Below, in pieces: positions 51,476 through 62,170 of a stretch of 64,000 bases of DNA (position 1 is its first letter; every line of letters begins with the position of its first letter). The notes beneath the pieces were generated by a model, which saw nothing but the letters and a program-made list of their open reading frames with translations, had not been told where the DNA came from and did not search any database. A program made the position numbers and the translations under genes. The stretch spans positions 103,791,963 through 103,855,962 of the forward strand of contig NC_057718.1 of NCBI RefSeq assembly GCF_004010195.1, read 5' to 3'. The DNA comes from Chiloscyllium plagiosum (taxonomy: Eukaryota).

Positions 51476-51637
51476 GGGATTGGTTAGCTCAGTTTAGCTG
51501 GATGGCTGGTTAGTTGTAGATTCAACATCTGCACAAGCTGACGTTAACATGAAGGACTCTGCTTCTCAACCTCTCCTCTCACTAAGGGTGTAGTGATCAT
51601 CAGGTTAAAGCACCACCAATCAACTCTCTTTCTATCA
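51476..51637 (+). mobile_element. SINE family 3, 5' part (3' part at about 54890-54955; another copy at about 58985-59180)
   Basis: ttggttagctcag head, catgaaggactct..ttctcaac..tcaggttaaa.caccacca core, gcagcccta..ggact tail; split by the CR1 block. Confidence 0.7.
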
Positions 51638-53705
51638 GGACAAAGACAATGTTGTCAAGGAGAATGCGGAGATACAGGCTATTAAACTAGACAGGATTGA
51701 GGTTCATAAGGAGGAGGTGTTAGCAATTCTGGGAAGTGTTAAAATGGATAAGTCCCTTGGGCCGGAGGGGATTTATTCTCTGGGAAGCCACGGAGGAGAT
51801 TGCAGAGCCTTTGGTTTTGATCTTTATGTCATCATTGCCTACAGGAATTGTGCCAGAAGACTGAAGGATAGTAAATGTTGTTCCCTTGTTCAAGAAGGGG
51901 AGTAGAGGCAACCCTGGTAATTATAGACCAGTGAGCCTCACTCGGTTGTGGGTAAAGTGTTGGAAAGGATTATAGGAGACAGGATTTATAATCATCTAGA
52001 AAGGAATAATTTGATGGTCAACACGGTTTTGTGAAGGGTAGGACATGCCTCACAAAGCTTATTGAGTTCTTTGAGATGGTGACCAAACAGGTGGATGAGG
52101 GTAAAGCAGTTGATGTGGTGTATATGGATTTCAGCAAGGCGTTTGATAAGGTTCCCCACGGTAGGCTATTGCACAAAATACAGAGGCATGGGATCGAGGG
52201 TGACTTAGCGGTTTGGTTCAGAAATTAGCTATTTGTAAGAAGACAAAGGGTGGTGGTTGATGGGAAATGTTCATCCGTTTCCGGGCAGCACGGTGGCTCA
52301 GTGGTTAGCACTGCTGCCTCACAGCACCAGGGTCCCAGGTTTGATTCCTGCCTCGGGCGACTGTCTGTGTGGAGTTTGCACATTCTCCCCATGTCAGTGT
52401 GGTTTCCTCCGGGTGCTCTGGTTTCCTCCCACAGTCACAAAGATGTGCAGGTTAAGTGCATTGGCCATGCTAAATTGCCCATAGTTTTATGTGCATTTGT
52501 CAGAGAGAAATGGGTCTGGGTGGGTTACTTTTCGGAGGGTCAGTGTGGACTTGTTGGACTGAAGGGCCTGTTTCCACACTGCAGGGAATCTAATCCTGGA
52601 GTTCAGTTACTAGTGGTGTACCACAAGGATCTGTTTTGGGGCCACTGCTGTTTGTCATTTCTATAAATGACCTGGATGAGGGTGTAGAAGGATGGGTTAT
52701 TAAATCTGTGGATGGCACTAAGGTCGGTGGAGTTGTGGACAGTGTGGAAGGATGTTGTAGGTCACAGAGAGACATAGATAAGCTGCAGAGCTGGGCTGAG
52801 AGGAGGCAAATGGAGTTTGATGCGAAAAAGTGTGAGGTGATTCACTTTGGAAGGAGTAACAGTGCTGTGCTGTTCCAGCAATAAAGTTTCAACTTTGATC
52901 TCCAGCATCTGCAGACCTCACTTTCTCCTCCCAAATGGAGTTTGATGCGAAAAAGTGTGAGGTGATTCACTTTGGAAGGAGTAACAGGAATACAGAGTAC
53001 TGGATTAATGGAAAGATTCTTATTTGTGTGGATGACCAGAGTGATGTTGGTGCCCATGTACATAGATCCCTGACAGTTGCCAACCAGGTTGATAGGGTTG
53101 TTAAGAAGGCGTACGGTGTGTTAACTTGTTTGAGTTTTGAGTTTTGGAGCCATGAGGTCATGCTGCAGCTGTACAAAACTCTGGTGTGGCCGCACTTGGA
53201 GTATTGCATACAGTTCTGGTCACCATATTATCAGAAGGATGTGGAAACATTGGAAAGGGTGCAGAGGAGATTTACCAGGATGTTGCCCAGTATGGAGTAA
53301 AGATCTTATGAGGAAAGGCTCAGGGACTTGAGCCTGTTTTCGTTAGAGAGAAGCAGGTTGAGAGGTGACTTAACAGAGGCAGACAAGATGATCAGAGAAT
53401 TAGATAGGGTGGAAGTGAGAGCCTTTTTCCTTGGATGGTGATGGCTAGCAGTAGGGGACATAGCTTTAAATTGAGGGGTGATAGATATAGGACAGGTGTC
53501 AGAGGTAGTTTCTTTACTCAGTAGTAGGGGCATGGAACACCCTGCCAGCAATAACAGTAGACTCACCAACTTTAAGGGCATTTAAATGGTCAGTGGAAAA
53601 ACATATGGATGATAATGGAATAGTGTAGGTTAGATGGGCTTCAGATTGGTTTCACAGGTTGGCACAACATCAAGGGCTAAAGGGCCTGTACTGCACTGTA
53701 ATACA
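51638..53705 (+). mobile_element. CR1 LINE ORF2 fragment with nested HE1 SINE (52282-52595) and a 69-bp PLE tail insert
   Basis: DKSLGPEGI, KGRTCLTKLIEFFE, VYMDFSKAFDKVPH, GPLLFVISINDL, LEYCIQFWSP. Confidence 0.93.
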
Positions 53706-54875
53706 GTCATAAAGTTATAGAGATGTACGGCATGGAAGCAGACCCTTCGGTCCAACCCATCCATGCCGACCAGATATCCCAACCCAATCTAGTCCCACCT
53801 GCCAGCACCTGGCCCATATCCCTCCAAACCCTTCCTATTCATATACCNNNNNNNNNNNNNNNNNNNNNNNNNNNNNNNNNNNNNNNNNNNNNNNNNNNNN
53901 NNNNNNNNNNNNNNNNNNNNNNNNNNNNNNNNNNNNNNNNNNNNNNNNNNNNNNNNNNNNNNNNNNNNNNNNNNNNNNNNNNNNNNNNNNNNNNNNNNNN
54001 NNNNNNNNNNNNNNNNNNNNNNNNNNNNNNNNNNNNNNNNNNNNNNNNNNNNNNNNNNNNNNNNNNNNNNNNNNNNNNNNNNNNNNNNNNNNNNNNNNNN
54101 NNNNNNNNNNNNNNNNNNNNNNNNNNNNNNNNNNNNNNNNNNNNNNNNNNNNNNNNNNNNNNNNNNNNNNNNNNNNNNNNNNNNNNNNNNNNNNNNNNNN
54201 NNNNNNNNNNNNNNNNNNNNNNNNNNNNNNNNNNNNNNNNNNNNNNNNNNNNNNNNNNNNNNNNNNNNNNNNNNNNNNNNNNNNNNNNNNNNNNNNNNNN
54301 NNNNNNNNNNNNNNNNNNNNNNNNNNNNNNNNNNNNNNNNNNNNNNNNNNNNNNNNNNNNNNNNNNNNNNNNNNNNNNNNNNNNNNNNNNNNNNNNNNNN
54401 NNNNNNNNNNNNNNNNNNNNNNNNNNNNNNNNNNNNNNNNNNNNNNNNNNNNNNNNNNNNNNNNNNNNNNNNNNNNNNNNNNNNNNNNNNNNNNNNNNNN
54501 NNNNNNNNNNNNNNNNCCACCACCCTCTGTCTTCTACCTTTGAGCCAGTTCTGTATCCAAATGGCTAGTTCTCCCTGCATTCCATGAGATCTAACCTTGC
54601 TAATCAGTCTCCCATGGGGAACCTTGTCGAACGCCTTACTGAAGTCCATATAGATCACATCTACTGCTCTGCCCTCATCAATCTTCTTTGTTACTTCTTC
54701 AAAACACTCAATCAAGTTTGTGAGACATGATTTCCCACGCACAAAGCCATATTGACTATCCCCTAATCAGTCCTTGCCTTTCCAATATCCTGTCCCTCAG
54801 GATTCCCTCCAACAACTTGCCCACTATCGAGGTCAGGCTCACCGGTCTATAGTTCTCTGGCTTGTCCTTACCGTT
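53706..54875 (-). mobile_element. HER1/CR1 LINE fragment spanning an assembly gap (N at 53848-54516)
   Basis: RGKSCLTNLIECFEEVTKKIDEGRAVDVIYMDFSKAFDKVPHG; YMNRKGLEGYGPGAGRWD. Confidence 0.92.
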
Positions 54876-57579
54876 CTATGTTCTATGTTCCCTCTCTCTT
54901 CCTAATCAGACAGCAGCCCTATGTCTGTTAGGACTATGGTGACTTTACCTTTTATCCATAATTTCACGAAAGGAGAGGAGGGAATAAATTTCAATTGCAC
55001 ATGTTAAACATGTACGGTCTATTATAATTTTAAATTCTTAATTCTATGAACTGATAACCTGATTATCTGTCAAAAGCCCAATGGCCAATTCTATACACAA
55101 TATTGATCATAAATCAAGTGAGGTTTTTTCACTGACAGCTGTTGAGCTGTTCACCTGCTGAGTTCCATCCTTACCTCAACTTTATACTTTGAAGTTATTT
55201 GTCCTTGTGCTCTGATATGTTGATGCATTCTTTGTTGTTTTCACACTTGGAGCTTGGGGAAAGAAGAATTCTATCTTGATTAATTCTGCAGGCTGCTTGC
55301 AAAAGCAGAGGCCCCTAGTTCAGATAGCTCCAGGTCAGATCTTGCAGATATTTCTAACCAACCTGCTCAGATTTGTTGTGACATGCCTCTGGAGCAGATG
55401 AGACTTGAATCCAGGCCTCCTGACTCAGAGATTTTGACACTATTGCTATGCCATGGTACATACTTATAAGGTGCAGCTGTGAAAATATTCCCAGCACTCA
55501 TGCATAACTTTAGTGCTTAACTCTGATACATATACGTAATACTTATACACATATATAAAATGCAATGCTATGTACAATATATATCCCCGTCTGGGAGTCA
55601 TTCCTGATTAAGGACAATTACTTAAACTTGTGCAACTCAGCATTACTCTCACAACAGCCTGTGGCTCATTGTTACACAACGTGGAAGAGAGTACAAGGAA
55701 GCTCAGGATGCCAGGAAAGCAATTCATGCCAATAATTTGGTCCTTTACATCCAATTCATTGCCATGGATTTTGTTGATGCCATTTAATATCGGGATGTGA
55801 AAGTTGCTGCGTAGTTCTCTTAGCTCCTCCATCGTAAACTAAAGAAATATTCTAGAATAATAGTCCACTATTCCACCTCACACTATCTTGGGTTGTCTAC
55901 TCATCTTGGTGAGTATAGCTCTTCTGTCATACCAATACATTCCTACATCTTTATATTCCTCCTTAGAAACTCGATTTACGTTGTTAACTCAGTACTCATG
56001 CTGCAAATTTCCTTTAGGAAAGATATTAACCTGGATAGTTCAAGGTTATTCTTTGGCTCATGTTGTTCTTTTAGCTTTTTGATGAACTCTTTCAAAATGT
56101 GTCAGTGTCTTTCAGAAGTGCCCCAAACCATTGTTAAAAAGTATTCATTCACAGGATGTGAGGATTGCTGACCAGGCCAAGATTGCTGTCCATTCCTCAT
56201 TTCCCAGAGGGCAGTCAAAGGTCAACCATATTACTATGGGCCTGGAGTCACGTATAGGCCTGACCGGGTAAAGATGGCAGATTTCCTTCCCTAAAGAACA
56301 TTAGTGAACCAGATGGGCTTTAATGACAAGCAACAATGGATTCATTAGATCCTTAATTCCAGATTTTTCACTAAATTCAAATTCCTCCATCTGCCATGGC
56401 AGGATTCAAACCCAGCCTCCCAAAGCATTACCTGGATCTCACTAACTGGGCACTAATACCATTAGGTCATCATCTTCCCATCAATAACATCAAGTGTGTT
56501 CCAAACTCTACGATCCAAACAATTTCAGAAATGCTTGCATTAGCCTCAAGCCAGACGTGCTCCAATGTGTTGTGAGGTGTGATTAACCTTGCGGATGGTC
56601 CCACATTGAATGGAAACTAGATAATTTATCAGAAAATGAAGAGGAAAATCAATTGAAACCTGATATTATAACACGTCCTGACACTCTATGGAAGCTGACA
56701 ACTCGTGCAGTTAAACAAAGTGGCAAAGTTTTTTTTCAGAATGGGATTCTAGTGAGAATGTTGCGAATGTGAATAAGTTGCAATGCCTGTCTTTACCTTG
56801 ATCACATTATTGATGCTGTTTTATTGCTGACACAATGGATTATTTTGACATGTCAATGTACACAAAAGATAAAATGTGGAGGTTGTATAAACCTGAAGTT
56901 GACACAGAGATCTGCTTTCACCTTAAATTATCTCATGCAGAATATTTCAATTCTACTCATCATCCATCAGTCACAGGGGAATGCTTCATTTTAACTGTTG
57001 TTCTTTTGTAAAAGCAATTTGAGTGCAGTGTTAGTTTAGAATTAATGTCCACAGCGTAATACATCAGGTTGAGGGCGGAGAAGGAAAGCTTGAAAATATG
57101 TGACATAAAATATAAGAAATGAGGAGTCTGTCACAGTGAAAGATGCCCTTATATTTAGCCAGGTTTACATACAGAGTAAATACAGATTCTATCCATGAAC
57201 AGTTGACAGCCTTAGGACACAGATGCAGGGAATGGCTCTGGGGCAAAATCGGCAGGTGACCCACAGGAACATTTACACCACAGCTGCCGCGGTTCCACAA
57301 AAGTAACAAAAAAGACAAGTTCTCTTGTATCTGACTCAAAGGGTTGTGGCTCCCCACTCTGGGACGCCTGGAGACTCGGGTAATGTTCTGGGGGACCAAG
57401 ATAGATGGTGGAATTTAAACTAATAACAATCTGGAATAAAGAGTCTAACAGTGACTATGAAATCATTGCCAATTGTCAGGAAAGGCCCATCTGGTTCACT
57501 AATGTCCATCAGAGAAGGATATCTGCCATCCTTACCTGTTCTGGCCTACATATGACTCCAGACCCACAGCAAAGTGGTT

Positions 57580-58215
57580 GCTTATTGGTCAGATTATTGA
57601 GTACAGGAGTTGGGAGGTCATGTTGTGGCTGTACATGACATTGGTTAGGCCACTGTTGGAATATTGCGTGCAATTCTGGTCTCCTTCCTATCGGAAAGAT
57701 GTTGTGAAACTTGAAAGGGTTCAGAAAAGATTTACAAGGATGTTGCCAGGGTTGGAGGATCTGAGCTACAGGGAGAGGGTGAACAGGCTGGGGCTGTTTT
57801 CCCTGGAGTGTCGGAGGTTGAGGGGTGACCGTATAGAGGTTTATAAAATCATGAGTGGCATGGATAGGATAAATAGATAAATTTATTTCCCTGGGGTCGG
57901 GGAGTCCAGAACTAGAGGGCATAGTGTTATAGTGAGAGGGGAAAGATATAAAAGAGACCTAAGAGGCAACTTTTTCACTCAGAGGGTGGTACATGTATGG
58001 AATGAGTTGCCAGAGAAAGTGGTGGAGGCTGGTACAATTGCAACATTTCAGAGGCATTTGGATGGGTATATGAATAGGAAGGGTTTGGAGGGACATAGGC
58101 CAGGTGCTGACAAGTGGGACTAGATTGGGTTGGGATATCTGGTCGGCATGGACGGGTTGGACCGAAGGGTCTGTTTGCGTGCTGTGCATCTCTATGACTC
58201 TATGAGTCTATGACT
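57580..58215 (+). mobile_element. HER1/CR1 LINE 3' fragment inserted in SINE family 2
   Basis: IGQIIEYRSWEVMLWLYMTLVRPLLEYCVQFWSPSYRKD...; (ctatgact)n tail. Confidence 0.92.
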
Positions 58216-58344
58216 CTTAGCTGCCCTCTGGGCAATTACAGTGGGAAATAAATGCTGGTCCAGCCAGTGACACCCTCATCCTGTGAATGAATTCTTTTAA
58301 AGTACAGAGGGTGTAGAGAGTGATCAATTACCTCAAATGCCTGA

Positions 58345-58985
58345 TATGGAGTTGCCATTATTGAACTGGGGTGGACAAAGTCAGAAGTCACATGACATCA
58401 GGTTATAGCTCGAAAGGTTTATTTGAGATCACAAGCTTTCGGAGCACTGCTCCTTTGTCAGGTGAAGTGACCATATAACCTGGTGTCATGTGACTTCCGA
58501 CTCAATTGCGTGGACAGCTGGCTTGCAGGTCCTGGGCCTCCTCCACTGCTAAATCCAAGCCACCTGACAAGTGGAGGACAAACGCCTCACCGTCTACCTT
58601 GGGACCCTCCAACCACACGGCATCAATGTCAATTTCACCAATTTTCTCATCTCCCCTCCCCCCCACCTCACCCCAATCCAACCCTCCAACTCGGCACCGC
58701 CCTCTTGACCTGTCTTACCTGTCCATCTTCCTTCCCACCTATCTGCTCCACCCTCTCCTCTAACCTATCACCATCATTCCCCACCTGCATCTACCTTTCG
58801 CATTCCCAGCTACATCACTCCCAGCCCAACCCCCACTCCCACCCTCCTATTTGTCTCCTTGCCCCCTCCACCACCACCCCCCGCACTCCACATTCCTGAT
58901 GAAGGGCTTGTGCCTGAACCGTTGATTCTCCTGCTACCCCGATGTTGTCTGACCTGCTGTGGTTTTGCAGCACCACACCTTTTGT
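58345..58985. mobile_element. PLE family B fold-back fragment (about 58345-58500) followed by a family A-like 3' fragment (about 58510-58985)
   Basis: agaagtcacatgacatcaggttata vs tataacctggtgtcatgtgacttc; decayed hammerheads at about 58430-58465 (-) and 58891-58930 (+). Confidence 0.78.
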
Positions 58986-59833
58986 GCTGGTTTGCAGTAC
59001 AGAGTGATATCAGCAATGTAGATTCCATTGCTGCACTGGCTCAGGTTTCCATGAAGGACTCTCCTTCTCAACATCTCCCCTTGCATGAAGTGCGCTGACC
59101 CTCAGGTTAAACCACCACCAGTCACCGCTCTCCCATGAGAGAGCAGCCCTACACTCTGGTAGGACTCTGATCATTTATTATTTCACTGAGGGACAGTGTT
59201 GAAGAGATGCTTCATTCTCACAGCGCTGTCTTTCAGATGAGATGATCAACTGAATATCCTGCCTTAGTCTGATGGCACTTTCAGAAGGAACATGCCTATG
59301 ACCAATGAAAGGATGTCAGACATGTGAAAAGCAGCCTTTGACAGTCCAGTTTGCAGCATTCAGGATGTGTAGCTGTTGTTTCTCTGTAACAGCACTCACT
59401 AAGCCTCTGTACTAAGTCAGGGGGATAAGCAGTCCTACACAATGTCTTCCAATGAACAGAACCTACGTTCATTTACCAATCCAGGTGTGAGTTTGGTGAG
59501 TTTATGTATGAACACAAAATCACACAATCTTACATAGACATAAAGAGCCCCATGACTCTATTTTGAAGAGCAGAAAGGTTATCCCCAGTGTCTAGGTCGA
59601 CATTTATATCTCAATCAACATCACACAATTAGATTATTTGACCTTCATATCCTTAGTTCTTGGAGCTTGCTATGAACAAATTGGCTTTCATGTTTCTTAC
59701 AATACTACAGGAACTCTATTTAAATATGTACTTTAGACACAAAGTGCTCCGGGATGACCTGTGGCTGTCCAGGTGCAATATAAATACAAATCTTTATTTT
59801 TCAAACACACTTCAGTCTTTGCTGCAAATTCTT

Positions 59834-60330
59834 CTGAGACCCCTCTCAGGCACTGAGACTGTGGATTTGAATCCCCTCTCAGGCACTGAGACTGCGCTTC
59901 TGAGACCCCTCTCAGGCACTGAGAATGCGCTTCTGGAGACCCCTCTCAGGCACTGAGACTGCGCTTCTGAGACCCCTCTCAGGCACTGAGAATGCGCTTC
60001 TGGAGACCCCTCTCAGGCACTGAGACTGTGGATTTGAATCCCCTCTCAGGCACTGAGACTGCGCTTCTGAGACCCCTCTCAGGCACTGAGAATGCGCTTC
60101 TGGAGACCCCTCTCAGGCACTGAGATTGCGGATTTGAGACCCTTCTCAGGCACTGAGACTGTGGATTTGAATCCCCTCTCAGGCACTGAGACTGCACTTC
60201 TGAGACCCCTCTCAGGCACTGAGAATGCGCTTCTGGAGACCCCTCTCAGGCACTGAGATTGCGGATTTGAGACCCCTCTCAGGCACTGAGACTGCGGATT
60301 TGAGACCCCTCTCAGGCACTGAGACTGCGG
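59834..60330. repeat. 33-34 bp minisatellite, 15 copies, with internal palindrome tctcag-gca-ctgaga
   Basis: cccctctcaggcactgaga followed by one of a few 14-15 nt variants. Confidence 0.97.
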
Positions 60331-62107
60331 TTTTGCTATCTGGACATACACTGTTCTGAAACCCGAGCACATCTCCTAGGGTATGGAACTCACTTTCTGT
60401 AATATGTTCCAGGTTGTGTTCTCTGTTTTGTCTGTATCGTTCCTGGTATATTGTCAGAGTAAGGAAACCCATCTATACAGAACAAGTACCTCATTTCTGT
60501 TTGGTTGAGTGGTACATTTTGTATTGAATTTGTTCAACTAACATCTTACTGCATTGTGCAATTTAAGTTGTTAAGTCACTTGAATGATTTCTTTTAATGA
60601 TAAGTTATAAAAAGTAGTGTGGAAAATTGTCTATCAGCAACTTGGCAGGAATTGAATGTTAATACCCATTTACCACATAGAATATCACTATACTGATGAA
60701 ACATTTGGATAAATTTAACACTTCAATGTTGTGTCTTTGCTTTCCCTCTGCCTTGATAGAAGGCAGGAACCTCAGGTGCCAGCATGAATGCTGCATGGCT
60801 AATTGGACCAAAGGACTGGGAGGGTAGACTCAGAGACATGAGACAGCTGATACTGAATGGGAAGTGAAGGCAAACAGACTGAATTATTCAGAGGGAACAA
60901 AACTCCAAATTTCAACTGGCAGCAAGGCATGTTGTGGAGACGACTGGAGGCAAACATTCTGGAGAGAGTATACAGCGCGATTTAGATGAGACAGGACCAG
61001 AGCAGTGTTTAAATCTGTGGAACATTCATACTCGGCAAGGTAACTCAGCCCCAATAATATTGAATGTTACAATAACTACCTTATACACAGTGTGAGACTT
61101 GCTAATCACAGAAATAGGGTTGAGACATAACATTATTGCAATCATATTTACTGCTTTCTGTCCGACATTTTCATGATGCTTGTGAGACAGTCACTGATAA
61201 TTGTAACTTATAAGCAGCTAGCTTCATGCCCTGTGCACATGAAAGTGAGAGCAGTTTTTTTTAGATGGCTGCACTTAATATGCATCTGTATTCCTTTATT
61301 ATGATTGATGTTGATTTATCAAAACTGTAGTCTAAATCAGATGTTACATACGAGAATTAATTCTTGGCTGTTGATGTTACAGTTTACTATGTGTCACTGC
61401 AATAGTGAGCATCTGATACAAGTTGCAATAAATAAATACATTTCCAGAACTAATCAGCAAGAATAATAATTGGGAAAAGTTTGGGTGGAAAACTTAATTA
61501 AAGCGTTTTCTAAAAAAAATTGCTGTCAATCCTATATCTGCTGTGAGAATCTTTGATTTGTTTTATTTTTATTCATTCACAGGATGTCACTCACTGCTGC
61601 TACTGAATATTGATAGTGGAGGGGGATGAACGTTTGTGGATGTGCTGCCAGCATTTATCACCCATCCCTAGTTGCCTCTGAGGTGGTGCTGAGCTGCCTT
61701 CTTGAACCGTTTCAGTCCATAGAAAGTAAGTAGACCCACAATATTGTTAGCAAGGGAGTTCCAAATTTTTGTCTGAAGGCACAATGGTATATTTCCAAAT
61801 CAGGATGGTGAGGGATTTAGAGAGGAATTTGCAGAGGGTGGTGTTCCCATGTAGCTGCTGCCCTTGTCCTTCTAGATGGAAGTGGTATTGGGTTTGGAAG
61901 GTGCTGTCTGAGGACCCCCCAGGCAAATTTATGGAGTGTACCTTGTAGATAGTACACACTGCTGCTACTGAGCATCAATGGTGGAGGGAGTGAACATTTG
62001 AGGATGTGGCGTCAATCAAGTGAGCTGCTTTGTCATTTACTAGTACTTATCAAGGATTCTGAATTTTGATTGTGTAGTTTGATACTGCCGTATATTATCT
62101 GCAGTGG

Positions 62108-62170
62108 AACTGGTTACCTATTATACTGATATTATACTGCAGATAATATCAGTATAATAGGTAACCAGTT
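62108..62170. repeat. Perfect 28-bp inverted repeat with 7-nt loop
   Basis: aactggttacctattatactgatattat-actgcag-ataatatcagtataataggtaaccagtt. Confidence 0.97.

Noticed and set aside
55170..55840. Minus-strand exon-like pieces (FTMEELRELRSNFHIPILNG...; MHQHIRAQGQITSKYKVE)
   Set aside because: Peptides unrecognised and no consistent phase chain with neighbouring candidates
59834..60330. CRISPR-like array (palindromic repeats at regular spacing)
   Set aside because: The intervening 14-15 nt are a few recurring related variants, not unique spacers; there are no cas genes and the context is vertebrate
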